In this document: one piece after another, positions 26,778 through 37,141 of the stretch
Layout: each line of letters opens with the position of its first letter
How positions within the stretch are numbered: the first letter of the stretch is position 1
Virus record (IMG/VR): IMGVR_UViG_3300035698_027074
Strand: one strand, 5' to 3'
Length of the DNA stretch: 64,000 nt
From: a virus
Lineage: Duplodnaviria > Heunggongvirae > Uroviricota > Caudoviricetes
Notes under the pieces: generated by a model
What the model was told of the DNA's origin: nothing
Seen by the model: the letters and a program-made list of their open reading frames with translations, nothing else
Databases searched by the model: none
Translations under genes and position numbers: made by a program

Positions 26778-28202
26778 TTAGATTCTGGAAGTACATACTT
26801 CTCTGCCATTATTCCCCTCACACATGAATGTAAGAACATTATATCCTATCAATGTATCAAATATAAACCTTGAATCTGTTGTTGTCATTAGTTCAGGAAA
26901 TTCCTCCATTGCCCATACATTTTCCTGCCCACTAAAATATTTCACACTTCCACCATATGCTGTAAAAACACCGACAGTCTCATTACCAGCGTATTTCTTA
27001 ATTTCTGAAAGTCCTTCAATATAATTTTGTGGCCAACGATGTATCATGGTAGTGTTCCTAGCTTGTACTATTCCACTGTAAATACACCATCCACAAATTA
27101 TAAAAATTATGAAAATAAACCATCTGTCCTCATCAAAGAGTTTTCCCAAAAATAGTCCACCAATTATTGCCAATTGTGGGAATATGATTGACAAATATCT
27201 ACTTTCTATTACCATCAATTTTGTGAAATAAAGGAAAAAGAATAGTGTGGAAAACGTGACCAAGAAAATCATTGGTAAAACCATTTTTTCGTCTGTTGAT
27301 TGTATATAATAAATAATACCAAAAATACAAAGAACGGTAGTTATTTGACCAAATGTTGCTAATATATCCAATTTAGGACTAATCAGTTTGAATGCTGATA
27401 ACATCCATTCTGGATGTTGTGTTGGAGATTTCCCTTTAAAGAAAATATCCAATGGTTGGAAATACGGAAAACCATATGCAACAAGATTTCTTATGATTAT
27501 AGGACTAAAAACAAGAGCTGCTACTATACAACTCATAATAGAAAATTTCAGGAATTTATAATCATTATTCTTTAATACCTTCCATAATGCATAAATCATT
27601 AAAAATATTGGGAAAACAAATCCACTTGTCTTGATATACATTGAAAGACCCATAAAAATACCTGTTAATATAGAAGATTTCATTGAAGTCATTTTTAAAA
27701 TAGAATATGTAATCAGTATTGAAAAGAATGCTATTGGTATATCAACATAAGCTAGTAATGAATAATGTGTAAAGGTTGGAATAACCATCAATAATGAAAC
27801 AGATGCCACAGAAGCTATAGGGAATATCTCAATGTCACCCCACATACTCTTTTTTGACAGTTCTTTTGAAACTATATAAACCATAACCAGTGTTCCTGTC
27901 GCAAACAATGCAGATACCATTTTACAGACTGAGAGTGAAACACCAAAAATCTTGAAGAAAATAGCGTATATTATTGGTATACCCAGTGAATATGATAATG
28001 GTCTTGGGTTTATGGTTCTAAAATATGTTGGTAACTTTCCAGTGGATATTAATTCACCAATTTCCATATAGAGGATTTCATCTTCACCCAAATAATCAGT
28101 TTTAGTAGAATAGTAGACTAAAATCCCACCTAATAGTATTAAGATGATTATAGGTAGGTGTTTTAATTGTTTTAAACTTATATCCACTTCCATTAGTATC
28201 AA
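26778..28202 (-). CDS. GT-C fold membrane glycosyltransferase, ArnT/PMT-like (GT39/83 family), 474 aa
   Basis: First extracytoplasmic loop GEDEILYMEIGELISTGKLPTYFRTINPRPLSY (DE catalytic motif plus PL.Y) followed by about 10 more TM helices. Confidence 0.6.
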   Translation of the reverse strand: MILMEVDISLKQLKHLPIIILILLGGILVYYSTKTDYLGEDEILYMEIGELISTGKLPTYFRTINPRPLSYSLGIPIIYAIFFKIFGVSLSVCKMVSALFATGTLVMVYIVSKELSKKSMWGDIEIFPIASVASVSLLMVIPTFTHYSLLAYVDIPIAFFSILITYSILKMTSMKSSILTGIFMGLSMYIKTSGFVFPIFLMIYALWKVLKNNDYKFLKFSIMSCIVAALVFSPIIIRNLVAYGFPYFQPLDIFFKGKSPTQHPEWMLSAFKLISPKLDILATFGQITTVLCIFGIIYYIQSTDEKMVLPMIFLVTFSTLFFFLYFTKLMVIESRYLSIIFPQLAIIGGLFLGKLFDEDRWFIFIIFIICGWCIYSGIVQARNTTMIHRWPQNYIEGLSEIKKYAGNETVGVFTAYGGSVKYFSGQENVWAMEEFPELMTTTDSRFIFDTLIGYNVLTFMCEGNNGREVCTSRI

Positions 28203-28378
28203 CTTTTCGATTCTTTTCTTTTTTTAACAATTACATCAATAAAATCCCCTTTCTTGATAAATTCCTTCATATCATTTGGGATTTTTATGTAAAGCATCGT
28301 CCCTGTACTCTTGATTTTTGTGAAAAATTTATATTCAGAACCCATTAGTTTACACCTTCTCATATTTATTTGTATCTT

Positions 28379-29449
28379 TCAGTATTTAAAATTACCTCGA
28401 CTTTGATAATCTTTATCATTCCTAAGACCTTTTACAAATTCGTCAATCTTTTCTATAACCTCTGGTGTTGGATGGTGTGGGATTAATACCTCATAATAAT
28501 TTGTTTTGAGTTCTGAAAAGTTTTTTCCCATCATTTCTTTAAAATCATCTATAACATTATTGTAAGATAATGAATTAATAGCTTCCAACATGTTATCCAA
28601 TTCAAAATTATTTATCAGTTTTAACTTTCGTACTGCTGTTTTTTTTGGTATTTTCCTTATGTGTATTTCATCCCTGTTACATTTGGTCAAGATGAAAATT
28701 CCCCCTATATCCGTTGGTTTGTCTATTATATATTTGGTTATAGTCTCCACATTGACATCTATTGGTATTTGTGCCCATTTCATACTTAAGTTGTAAATCA
28801 AACTCTTTATTTCAAGTTCTAACCTTTGTTTATTGTTCAATCTCTTTTTTAAAAATGGACATGATAAAAAGTTGTGGTTCATTAATCTTATGGTAGTTGC
28901 ATAATCATGTATCTTGTTCCCTCTCAATAAATTATACTCATCACCCAAGAAACCATAACCTTTATTTGATAGATAAAGAGCTGTTGATGTCTTACCTGTA
29001 TGAGCACATGCCGAGAAAAGATATGTCTTCTCTTTGATTGGGTCAAACAGTCCAGAAGAATGAATGAAAACAAATCCCTTTTTTGCCATAAGATATATTA
29101 TGACTGGTTCTACAACCATTCTCCATATAAACCTTTCAGAAAATAGTTTGTTACCACACGTAACTATTCTAACTGGCTTTTCACCAAAATTAACTATTGA
29201 TTTCCATTTGACAAACTTATAGGATTCTTCAAAGTAAACTGATTTTCTTTTTACATAATATTTCCCATCTAAAAGCATTTCCCAATCTTTTGGTTTTTCA
29301 AATTTAGTAAATATAACTTCCAAATCAACATCAGACGGTTCTGCAGTATATCTGTAATACATCTCACTAATAAATTTCATTGGAACACTTTTACTGTCAC
29401 CAATCAACTTAAACTTAAACCCATGTAGGTTAAAATAAACTGTTTTCAT
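28379..29449 (-). CDS. HprK-related (HPr kinase C-terminal domain-like) P-loop kinase, 356 aa
   Basis: GFVFIHSSGL...YLFSACAHTGKTSTALYLSNKGYGFLGDEYNLL matches the HprK core G.L.HG....G.GVLI.G.SG.GKSE.AL.L...G..L.ADD. Confidence 0.55.
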   Translation of the reverse strand: MKTVYFNLHGFKFKLIGDSKSVPMKFISEMYYRYTAEPSDVDLEVIFTKFEKPKDWEMLLDGKYYVKRKSVYFEESYKFVKWKSIVNFGEKPVRIVTCGNKLFSERFIWRMVVEPVIIYLMAKKGFVFIHSSGLFDPIKEKTYLFSACAHTGKTSTALYLSNKGYGFLGDEYNLLRGNKIHDYATTIRLMNHNFLSCPFLKKRLNNKQRLELEIKSLIYNLSMKWAQIPIDVNVETITKYIIDKPTDIGGIFILTKCNRDEIHIRKIPKKTAVRKLKLINNFELDNMLEAINSLSYNNVIDDFKEMMGKNFSELKTNYYEVLIPHHPTPEVIEKIDEFVKGLRNDKDYQSRGNFKY

Positions 29450-29455
29450 TATTCA

Positions 29456-29695
29456 TCAACACACAACAACTCTCATACAAATTTTACATTGAAATCCTTC
29501 AACTGCTCCATAACCAGCGTAACCAGCCATTGCCTTTAATTCCATCTTTTTTCCACAACAAGTTGGTGGCATATATGTATCTTTAATTGGAGGAACACGA
29601 TTTCTATGTTCTTCTTGTTCTTCTTCTTGCCTTTTTAATTCCTGTTTTCTTTCTTTTTTCATTTCTTCTTTTGTTTTAATTCTTAAACCAAACAT
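29456..29695 (-). CDS. Small peptide (79 aa) with a charged helical N-terminus and a Cys/Gly/Ala/Tyr-rich C-terminus; possible RiPP-like precursor or metal-binding peptide
   Basis: MFGLRIKTKEEMKKERKQELKRQEEEQEEH then RVPPIKDTYMPPTCCGKKMELKAMAGYAGYGAVEGFQCKICMRVVVC. It lies immediately upstream of the HprK-like kinase. Confidence 0.4.
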   Translation of the reverse strand: MFGLRIKTKEEMKKERKQELKRQEEEQEEHRNRVPPIKDTYMPPTCCGKKMELKAMAGYAGYGAVEGFQCKICMRVVVC

Positions 29696-29697
29696 TG

Positions 29698-30054
29698 TTA
29701 ATCCTCTCTTAATTTCTTTTTTACTTCTTTCATCTGTCCTATAGCATATTCTCTATTTTCAAGTTCCATTAAAACAGATAATCTTTGAATAACCCAGTTT
29801 TGAACATTATGTGATTTCAACATCTCCTTGACTTTTTTTAGTAAATATTCTTTCCCTTTTGGTTGCATTATCCCAAAAAGAAAATTCAAGTTTCCTATAA
29901 TTTCTTCCATTTCATTGAATGTTAATTCCTGTCTTTCTTTCTCTTCATTTTTAAATGTCTTTAAAACATTTGGATAATTTGTTTTAACCCATTCTGGATT
30001 AAGAACTTCTTGTTTTGTTCCTTTTGGAATATAAAATTTTTCAATCTTTCCCAT
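29698..30054 (-). CDS. Hypothetical protein (118 aa)
   Basis: ORF track. Confidence 0.4.
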   Translation of the reverse strand: MGKIEKFYIPKGTKQEVLNPEWVKTNYPNVLKTFKNEEKERQELTFNEMEEIIGNLNFLFGIMQPKGKEYLLKKVKEMLKSHNVQNWVIQRLSVLMELENREYAIGQMKEVKKKLRED

Positions 30055-30144
30055 TCATTATCACCAATAAAAATAAAAAAACGAAGGTTTCCCTTCAAAC
30101 GAAAGTCTATCTTATTCTTTTGAAGAAGATTTGTGTTTCTAAGA

Positions 30145-30495
30145 TTATTCTGGTAAATGATAATTTGGTAAATTACATCTATTACCTGAAACTATCATGA
30201 TTTCTCCAGATTTACTCTCTTTGTATGTTGGTTTTTCTGTTGTTCCTGATTCAACAAGTACAACTTGCCCCCAACTGTCTTCTTTGTAGATTGCCCCATT
30301 TCTTCCTCGAAATTCACCCTTTTTCAATTCTCTTGGTTCATTTTTAACTTCAAGAAATTCACTTTCTTGTTTTGGTTGGGTTTTGAATTCCTCTGGAACT
30401 TTTCTAGTGTTTTCTCCAAAGACTTCTCCCATTTTTCTGTCAATCATTTCAAAGACTGTTTCTCCTTCATAGTCTCCTATTCCTATTTTTCCCAT
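30145..30495 (-). CDS. Hypothetical protein (116 aa)
   Basis: ORF track. Confidence 0.4.
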   Translation of the reverse strand: MGKIGIGDYEGETVFEMIDRKMGEVFGENTRKVPEEFKTQPKQESEFLEVKNEPRELKKGEFRGRNGAIYKEDSWGQVVLVESGTTEKPTYKESKSGEIMIVSGNRCNLPNYHLPE

Positions 30496-30507
30496 TTGTT
30501 TTTCACC

Positions 30508-31452
30508 TTATTTAGATTTTTTAGATTTTGGTACCTGTAACCCTGATGTTGCTGACATTGTCTCTCTTAATGCTTCAAGTGGTACTGCGAAAACTATTGT
30601 ATTACTTTGGTCTTGACTTATATCTGAAAGTGTCGAAAGTCTTCTTAATTCCATTGCTCCTCTTGTTTTCAAAAGTTCGTCTGCTGCTAACTTCAAGTTC
30701 TTTGCTGCTTCTAGTTCACCTGTTGATTTAATTACTACAGCTCTCTTTTCTCTTTCTGCCTCTGCTTGTCGAGCCATGATTCTTTCCATGTCTCCTTCTA
30801 GTTTTATGTTCTGTAACTCAACTGATTGTATGTCAATTCCCCATGCTTCAACATGTTTGTCTACTTGTTTCTTGATTTCTTTTGCAATTTCTTCCCTCTT
30901 TGCTAGTAAACCATCAAGTTCATACTGACCTGATATATTTTTAAGTGTTACTTGTGATTTGTTCATCACTGCGTGTCTGTAATCTTCTATGTTCAATATA
31001 CTCTTTTTTGTGTTAACCACTTTCATATAGACAACACCATCTATGTTAACTGAAACATTATCTTTTGTCAAAACTCTCTGTGGTTCAATGTCCATAACCC
31101 TAATTCTTGTATCTCTCCAAATTACTGATTCTATGAAAGGTATTTTGAAATAAATACCTGCACCAACTTTCCTGTTGAATTTTCCTAATTTTAGAATTAT
31201 AGCTTCTTCCCATTGTTTATTGACACCAAAAGAAGAAAATAATACACCTAACCCTAAAATAACAGCTATACCTGTTCCGATAAGTCCACCTAATTGTATT
31301 CCACCAAAAATAAGACTATACCCGAAATATACCATTGCTATTATTGTTGGTATTAAAACAAACCAAAGAAGTGTTCCTCCTGATTTTTCTGGTTCACTTG
31401 TCTTCACTATCTCTTCTTCATATTCTTCATCTTCGTGTTCTTCATCTGTCAT
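30508..31452 (-). CDS. SPFH/Band 7 family protein, stomatin-like, 314 aa
   Basis: N-terminal TM region then IILKLGKFNRKVGAGIYFKIPFIESV...VNIDGVVYMKVVN and coiled-coil AEREKRA. Confidence 0.7.
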   Translation of the reverse strand: MTDEEHEDEEYEEEIVKTSEPEKSGGTLLWFVLIPTIIAMVYFGYSLIFGGIQLGGLIGTGIAVILGLGVLFSSFGVNKQWEEAIILKLGKFNRKVGAGIYFKIPFIESVIWRDTRIRVMDIEPQRVLTKDNVSVNIDGVVYMKVVNTKKSILNIEDYRHAVMNKSQVTLKNISGQYELDGLLAKREEIAKEIKKQVDKHVEAWGIDIQSVELQNIKLEGDMERIMARQAEAEREKRAVVIKSTGELEAAKNLKLAADELLKTRGAMELRRLSTLSDISQDQSNTIVFAVPLEALRETMSATSGLQVPKSKKSK

Positions 31453-31514
31453 TTCTTCACCAATTTGTATTTATCTGTATCTACTTGTATCTTCTAGTAT
31501 TTATATTTAACTCA

Positions 31515-32174
31515 CTAATTCTGAGAAGTTTTCTCAAATTTGATTATATTAAAGAGTGGTAATAAGAAAGGTATTCTGACTTTCTTCATCATTTTAAAAC
31601 GTTCTTTGATTAATTTTTCAACATTCTTTGTTGACTGAATGTGTTTCTCTTTCATTGAATGTTTTTTAAACCCTGTAAAATTTTGTAAAAATCTATATAC
31701 CAAAGAATCTGACGGATTTGAAACAACAAACTTCCCTTCTGGTTTTAAGACCCTGTGAATTTCTTTAATAGTAAAATATATGTTATTAATATGTTCAAGG
31801 ACATCAGAACAAAAAACAATATCAAATTTATTATCTTCAAATGGAAGTGATTTCCTTATATCATGTTCAATTAATTCTATGTCATCATACTCACAATGAT
31901 TTTCAATTATTTTTTTAGTTCCTTCTTCTATTTTTTTATCAAGGGCAACTACGTGAGAAAATTCTTGTAATGTTGGAATAAACAATCCACTCCCACAACC
32001 TAAATCCAATACATTTAATTCATCTACTCCCCCATCCCAATCTATTTCCGAAATTTCTAACATGACATTCAATCTCTTCCAGAACAACCATCCTGTCTTG
32101 AAATTGGTATATGCTTTACATCTGGTTAACCCATATTCTTTTATCTTCTTATTGGATATTTTATACAGTGACAT
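31515..32174 (-). CDS. Class I SAM-dependent methyltransferase, 219 aa
   Basis: Motif I VLDLGCGSGLF; motif II/III DIVFCSDVLEHI. Confidence 0.65.
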   Translation of the reverse strand: MSLYKISNKKIKEYGLTRCKAYTNFKTGWLFWKRLNVMLEISEIDWDGGVDELNVLDLGCGSGLFIPTLQEFSHVVALDKKIEEGTKKIIENHCEYDDIELIEHDIRKSLPFEDNKFDIVFCSDVLEHINNIYFTIKEIHRVLKPEGKFVVSNPSDSLVYRFLQNFTGFKKHSMKEKHIQSTKNVEKLIKERFKMMKKVRIPFLLPLFNIIKFEKTSQN

Positions 32175-33447
32175 TCAACACATCCCCCGTTCTCTTTATC
32201 CACCCTTCGTCTACATTAACATACCATACTGAATCATTTATACTTACTATATTCAATTTACATCTGTGAATAACAAACCAATCGTGGTATGCTTTTAGAT
32301 AAGTTGGTTCATCTTTCGTTATATCTTTTATTTGAATACATGACCTATCTACATAATCAGAAAATTCTCCCCTGTAGGAATATTTTGGTATATTAAATAA
32401 CCATATAAAAAGTAAAATAAAACATATTCCATATAAATACAACCTATACTTTTCTGGTATGGATTTCACTATTTCCATAGCAAGGAATGGGAAAATAATT
32501 ATGTAATATCTCCAACTCATAAAAAAGTTAATTCCTATTATCTGAACTACTATAAACAAAAGAAGAAAAACCGATATAAAAATTGTTGATACCCCTATTT
32601 CTTTTGTCTTGATAAGATTATAAATAGTTGATAAAATACCGATAATCAAAAGTAAATCTATTGGAAGAAGGTAGAAACCACTCCCATCTATGAAATTTCT
32701 TTCTGGTTGATTGGATTGTATCCCCTCTTTCAACCATTCCTCACCAGACTCTATATTCGTTAGAGATTGACCAGTAAATGTTGCTATTATATCCCCATTT
32801 GTAAAAATAAAATTCCTTAAATATAATGGAGTAATAATCAATAATGCAATCAATATTGATAAGAAATATGGGTTCTTATAAAATTGTTTGGTAAATATTT
32901 CTTTCCATTTAAAAATAAGAACAGAAAGACCATAACACCCTAAAATCAAAAACCCTGTTCCTTTCACTAAAGGGCATAGACCAGCAAAGATACCAGATAA
33001 TATTGGTTTTTTATGGAAAAAATAATAACATGATAATGCAAAAACCAACATTATAGTATCGTTAGCTCCGAATATTAATAATCTTACGAACATAAATGAC
33101 AAGAAAAGGACTGGTATAGCCTCTTTCTTTATCTTCCACATCAAAACACCAAGTGAAATCATTATTAAAACATCAACTATACTTGGTGTTAACCCGATTA
33201 TTATAAAGAAACCATATAATAATGGTCCTAGTGGTGGATAAAAATATGGATATGTTTTATAAACAAAAACCCTTTTGTTTGCAGTAAACCCCTCACCAGT
33301 AAACATTTTAATTGGGTCTTGATAAATCTCTTTTCCTGTAACATAATGGACATAATTATCTGAATGTGAAGAAATATAATAGAGGGACATTATTGGCATC
33401 ACTATTACCAAAATGAAAAGGAATATTTTTTCAATTTCAATTTTCAT
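32161..33447 (-). CDS. Polytopic membrane protein, GT-C-like glycosyltransferase candidate (428 aa, about 11 TM helices)
   Basis: YPYFYPPLGPLLYG loop after the first TM and a large hydrophobic core. GT-C membership is inferred from topology and context. Confidence 0.4.
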   Translation of the reverse strand: MKIEIEKIFLFILVIVMPIMSLYYISSHSDNYVHYVTGKEIYQDPIKMFTGEGFTANKRVFVYKTYPYFYPPLGPLLYGFFIIIGLTPSIVDVLIMISLGVLMWKIKKEAIPVLFLSFMFVRLLIFGANDTIMLVFALSCYYFFHKKPILSGIFAGLCPLVKGTGFLILGCYGLSVLIFKWKEIFTKQFYKNPYFLSILIALLIITPLYLRNFIFTNGDIIATFTGQSLTNIESGEEWLKEGIQSNQPERNFIDGSGFYLLPIDLLLIIGILSTIYNLIKTKEIGVSTIFISVFLLLFIVVQIIGINFFMSWRYYIIIFPFLAMEIVKSIPEKYRLYLYGICFILLFIWLFNIPKYSYRGEFSDYVDRSCIQIKDITKDEPTYLKAYHDWFVIHRCKLNIVSINDSVWYVNVDEGWIKRTGDVLNVTV

Positions 33448-33644
33448 TGGTCTACACCCACCACTTTAATAATTACTTCTACATCATCACCTTCACCAAA
33501 TGAATAATCACCATCAAACATTCTTGAAACAGATTGGGATATATTAATGATAAAGGATTTATTTCCCAAAATTCTGAGAAATCTTCCATGTTCATTGGTT
33601 TTCATTTTAGATACTTTCCCTATTATTTTCAGTTCGTTTTTCAT
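33444..33644 (-). CDS. Small hypothetical protein (66 aa)
   Basis: ORF track; wedged between a radical SAM gene and the GT-C-like gene, overlapping both by 4 nt. Confidence 0.35.
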   Translation of the reverse strand: MKNELKIIGKVSKMKTNEHGRFLRILGNKSFIINISQSVSRMFDGDYSFGEGDDVEVIIKVVGVDQ

Positions 33645-35065
33645 TCAGGCACCTGTTTCTGATTACTCAAGAGATAATGAAAAACTGGTTTGACAAACCT
33701 CAACATTCTAAACATCTCCATTGGTTTGAATATGATTCTTCTTATATAACCAAGATTGAAATAACATTCTCTGATTGCCTTCTTACACCAGTTATCCAAA
33801 TCCTTGAATGTTAAATGTGGATAACTTACCTTCCCATTTTCATTTAAATGATTATCTTGTTTTAATTTGTAATACAAAGGTGTTTCTTTATAGACCCTTG
33901 GAACAGCGAATTGATATGTTGATATTTTTAAATTTTTAGCCCAATTTATTGTTTCTTTTATGGTCTCATCAGTTTCTAATTTTGATGTTCCAAAAAGAAA
34001 ATCACCATGTATCTCAATATCAAGTTCATTACATACTTTTGTGAATTCTTCCAATTGTTTTTTTGTTACTCCCTTATTCATTTCTTTTAATATCTTGTCA
34101 CTACCAGACTCATAACCAACATGTAATACATGAAGACCACTCTTCTTACATTTCTTCAGAATTTCTTTTGTGTACAACATGTCTCCTCTTGCGTATGTTG
34201 ACCATCTTATTTTTATTCCTCTCTCCAAAATCCCTTCTGCAATTTTTTCCAACCTTTCTGGAGGAACAGTTCCGTCCTGAAAAAATACTTCTTTTATTTT
34301 TGGTGGTTTTCCTATACAAAATGATGTTATATGTTGTTTTGAAATCCAATTAATTTCATTTAATACGTCATCCAATTTTCTTTCTGATGTACCACATGTT
34401 TTGAAAATTGTGTTTGGATAAAGACAAAATGTACAATTTCCCCAATAACATCTTCTAGAACTAACAAACATATCAACAAATGGATGGAATAAACTACCTA
34501 TCCTATAATTTTTTATATTAAGGTATTTCAGATATGTTTTTGATACCCAAGGTAAATCATCTATTTCTTCTTGGTTCATTCTACCCCCAAGAATAACTTT
34601 ATCAAAATTTTCACCGTCTGCAATTCTTTTAACAATATATTCGAATTCACCTAAAACATAATGGTCAACAAACTTAGAATCTGTTGGTATCATACTAACC
34701 CAAGGACCCACAAATATTGTTTTAGAACCTATCGTCTTGAACATCTTTGCTAACTCTAAATTAACCTTCAGGCCATCTTCTGATATGTATATTACAACAA
34801 CATCTGGTTCTGGATTATCTTTCATAGTTCTTGAATCATAATAATCATAAAAACATGAATATTTTTCAAAAACAAAATCGTTGGGTATGCCCTCAGTTTC
34901 TGCATCTATTATTTTACATTTATGTTTATGTTTTTCGAGTAACCCAAGTGTTGATGCAAGAAATATTGGTGGCCATTGACTCCCACTAATCGTTGTGCCA
35001 TCCCATCTAGCATTGTGGATATAATTTTTCCTAATAAATGGATTAATCAATAATACTTTTGTCAT
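33641..35065 (-). CDS. Cobalamin-binding (class B) radical SAM enzyme, 474 aa (tandem array member 1)
   Basis: SSRRCYWGNCTFCLYP (CxxxxxCxxC variant); N-terminal MTKVLLINPF... B12-domain-like region. Confidence 0.65.
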   Translation of the reverse strand: MTKVLLINPFIRKNYIHNARWDGTTISGSQWPPIFLASTLGLLEKHKHKCKIIDAETEGIPNDFVFEKYSCFYDYYDSRTMKDNPEPDVVVIYISEDGLKVNLELAKMFKTIGSKTIFVGPWVSMIPTDSKFVDHYVLGEFEYIVKRIADGENFDKVILGGRMNQEEIDDLPWVSKTYLKYLNIKNYRIGSLFHPFVDMFVSSRRCYWGNCTFCLYPNTIFKTCGTSERKLDDVLNEINWISKQHITSFCIGKPPKIKEVFFQDGTVPPERLEKIAEGILERGIKIRWSTYARGDMLYTKEILKKCKKSGLHVLHVGYESGSDKILKEMNKGVTKKQLEEFTKVCNELDIEIHGDFLFGTSKLETDETIKETINWAKNLKISTYQFAVPRVYKETPLYYKLKQDNHLNENGKVSYPHLTFKDLDNWCKKAIRECYFNLGYIRRIIFKPMEMFRMLRFVKPVFHYLLSNQKQVPE

Positions 35066-35697
35066 TATTTATCATCTTTTCTTTTAAATAACATTACCCA
35101 AAAACCATTCAAACATGTTGTCTCAAAATCAAATAAAATAAAATTATTTTTCTTGAACGATTCTGTAAATTCGTCAAATTCATAGTCTTGTTCTGGTGGT
35201 CCTTTTTCTGGAGTAAATTTGTAATATAAATCTGCTAATTTTCTGAACAAGGAATCCTTGTTTGGTTGAACTAGAAGGACATATTTATCACTTATCCTAC
35301 ACATCTCATCCACGTAAGGTTGAAGGTTTGACTTATTAAAATGTTCTATCAATCCTTCAGAATGTATCAAACCGATTTCCCTGTCTTCAAAATTAGTGTC
35401 AAATGCATCCATACAATAGACCTTCAATCCCAATTTTTTACTACAGTGTTGGGCTGATGTTTCTGAAGTGTCTATACCGACTATATCCTTAAATCCCATT
35501 TCTTTATACCATAACATAGACCTCCCTGTTCCACATCCAATATCAACCATCTTCAAATCTCTTGGTATATTTTTTAGAATTTTTTTCATACTTCTCTTAA
35601 CAATCCCCAAAAAAAATCTAGCTAAGAAACTCAACTTCATTTCTGGGAAATCTTTCCATGTCTTTTCCCACTCCTCTATTACTTCTTTTCTATCCAT
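35065..35697 (-). CDS. Class I SAM-dependent methyltransferase, 210 aa
   Basis: MVDIGCGTGRS (motif I); LIHSEGLIEH. Confidence 0.6.
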   Translation of the reverse strand: MDRKEVIEEWEKTWKDFPEMKLSFLARFFLGIVKRSMKKILKNIPRDLKMVDIGCGTGRSMLWYKEMGFKDIVGIDTSETSAQHCSKKLGLKVYCMDAFDTNFEDREIGLIHSEGLIEHFNKSNLQPYVDEMCRISDKYVLLVQPNKDSLFRKLADLYYKFTPEKGPPEQDYEFDEFTESFKKNNFILFDFETTCLNGFWVMLFKRKDDK

Positions 35698-35701
35698 ATT
35701 C

Positions 35702-37141
35702 TCACCCCGTTACATAAAAAAATGCTCTTGCCATTTCCTTAATTTCTTTCCATGACCTTATTCTCGTCAATCTTTTCAGAATATATTTTGGTCTCATATA
35801 AAATTTTTTATGAACATACCTCAATGCTTTCATTAAATCTACATTACTCATCTCATCTGTCCTTATTACAGCCTCTTCAGCTAATCCATATGCGTCATAA
35901 CCACCAAAATTATAATCCCTAATAAGGTAACCATTTTCTTTAAAAAAATCATATAATTTTGTTCCTGGGTATGGTGTTGTCAATACAAATTGACAGAATT
36001 CTGGTTCTAATTCAAGAGCAAATTGTAATGTATTTTCAACTGTTTCCCATGTCTCACCTGGTAATCCTATCATAAATGACCCTGAAGCATGTATTCCAGA
36101 CTTTTTTGTCAGTTCAAACGTTTTTCTGATGTCATCAATTTTTATACCTTTGTTGACAATATCCAATAACTTTTGGTTTCCTGACTCCACCCCAAAAAGA
36201 ATATTCCAACAACCAGATTTTTTCATCACTTTTAACATTTCCTCATCTAGTGTATCAACACGACTATTACATGACCATGAAACCTTTATTTTTCTTTCAA
36301 TAATTCCATTGCATACTTCTATTACTCTTTTCTTGTTTACTGTAAACGTCTCGTCAAATATGTAAATTTCTTTGATTCCATATTTGTTCACTAGAAGTTC
36401 TATTTCATCAAGTATATTTTCTGATGACCTAGAATACCATCCTTTCCCAGAACCTCTCCATACAGTAGAACCACCAACAATACAAAAATCACATTTATAT
36501 GGGCATCCCCTACTTGAAATTAATGTCATAAATGGAAACTTTTTTGCAAAAGTGATTGAATTATATTTTTTAATTGATAATAAATCATATGCAGGAAATG
36601 GTAGGTCATCTAAATTTTTGAATGGTTCTGTTGGTGGGGTACTTATTATCTCCTTGTCTTTTCTGTAACTGATTCCAGTAACCCATTCCAAATCTCCATT
36701 ATTTTCCAAAACATTTAATAATTTTTCCAGTGTTTTTTCTGACTCACCACGAATCAAAATATCAATATCCATGAATGTCTCTAATGTTCTCTCTGGTAGG
36801 ATTGGTGCTATGTGAGCATCATCAAGAATTGTTATAATTTTTTTGTTGACTCTCTTCGCTACCGTAGCTGTCTGTGCATCAAAAGACATTGTAGATGGTG
36901 AAGATTTAAACAGAACTATGTCTGGACTGAACTCCTCAATTATCTTTTCTATATCAATCCATTTCAAATCAAGAGCATTTGCATCTAAAAGTTTTATATC
37001 AACCTTGTCCCTCAGATAAGACGCAATGTAAGCTAAATCTATTGGTGGATATATTGAAACTGGGGAAGTTCCAGCACATCTTATCTCTCTGACTACGGGT
37101 ATTCCGTGAAATCTTGGGGGGTTAATTAACATCAACTTCAT
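35702..37141 (-). CDS. Cobalamin-binding (class B) radical SAM enzyme, 479 aa (tandem array member 2)
   Basis: SSRGCPYKCDFCIVGG; N-terminal MKLMLINPPRF...; C-terminal HKKFYMRPKYI. Confidence 0.7.
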   Translation of the reverse strand: MKLMLINPPRFHGIPVVREIRCAGTSPVSIYPPIDLAYIASYLRDKVDIKLLDANALDLKWIDIEKIIEEFSPDIVLFKSSPSTMSFDAQTATVAKRVNKKIITILDDAHIAPILPERTLETFMDIDILIRGESEKTLEKLLNVLENNGDLEWVTGISYRKDKEIISTPPTEPFKNLDDLPFPAYDLLSIKKYNSITFAKKFPFMTLISSRGCPYKCDFCIVGGSTVWRGSGKGWYSRSSENILDEIELLVNKYGIKEIYIFDETFTVNKKRVIEVCNGIIERKIKVSWSCNSRVDTLDEEMLKVMKKSGCWNILFGVESGNQKLLDIVNKGIKIDDIRKTFELTKKSGIHASGSFMIGLPGETWETVENTLQFALELEPEFCQFVLTTPYPGTKLYDFFKENGYLIRDYNFGGYDAYGLAEEAVIRTDEMSNVDLMKALRYVHKKFYMRPKYILKRLTRIRSWKEIKEMARAFFYVTG

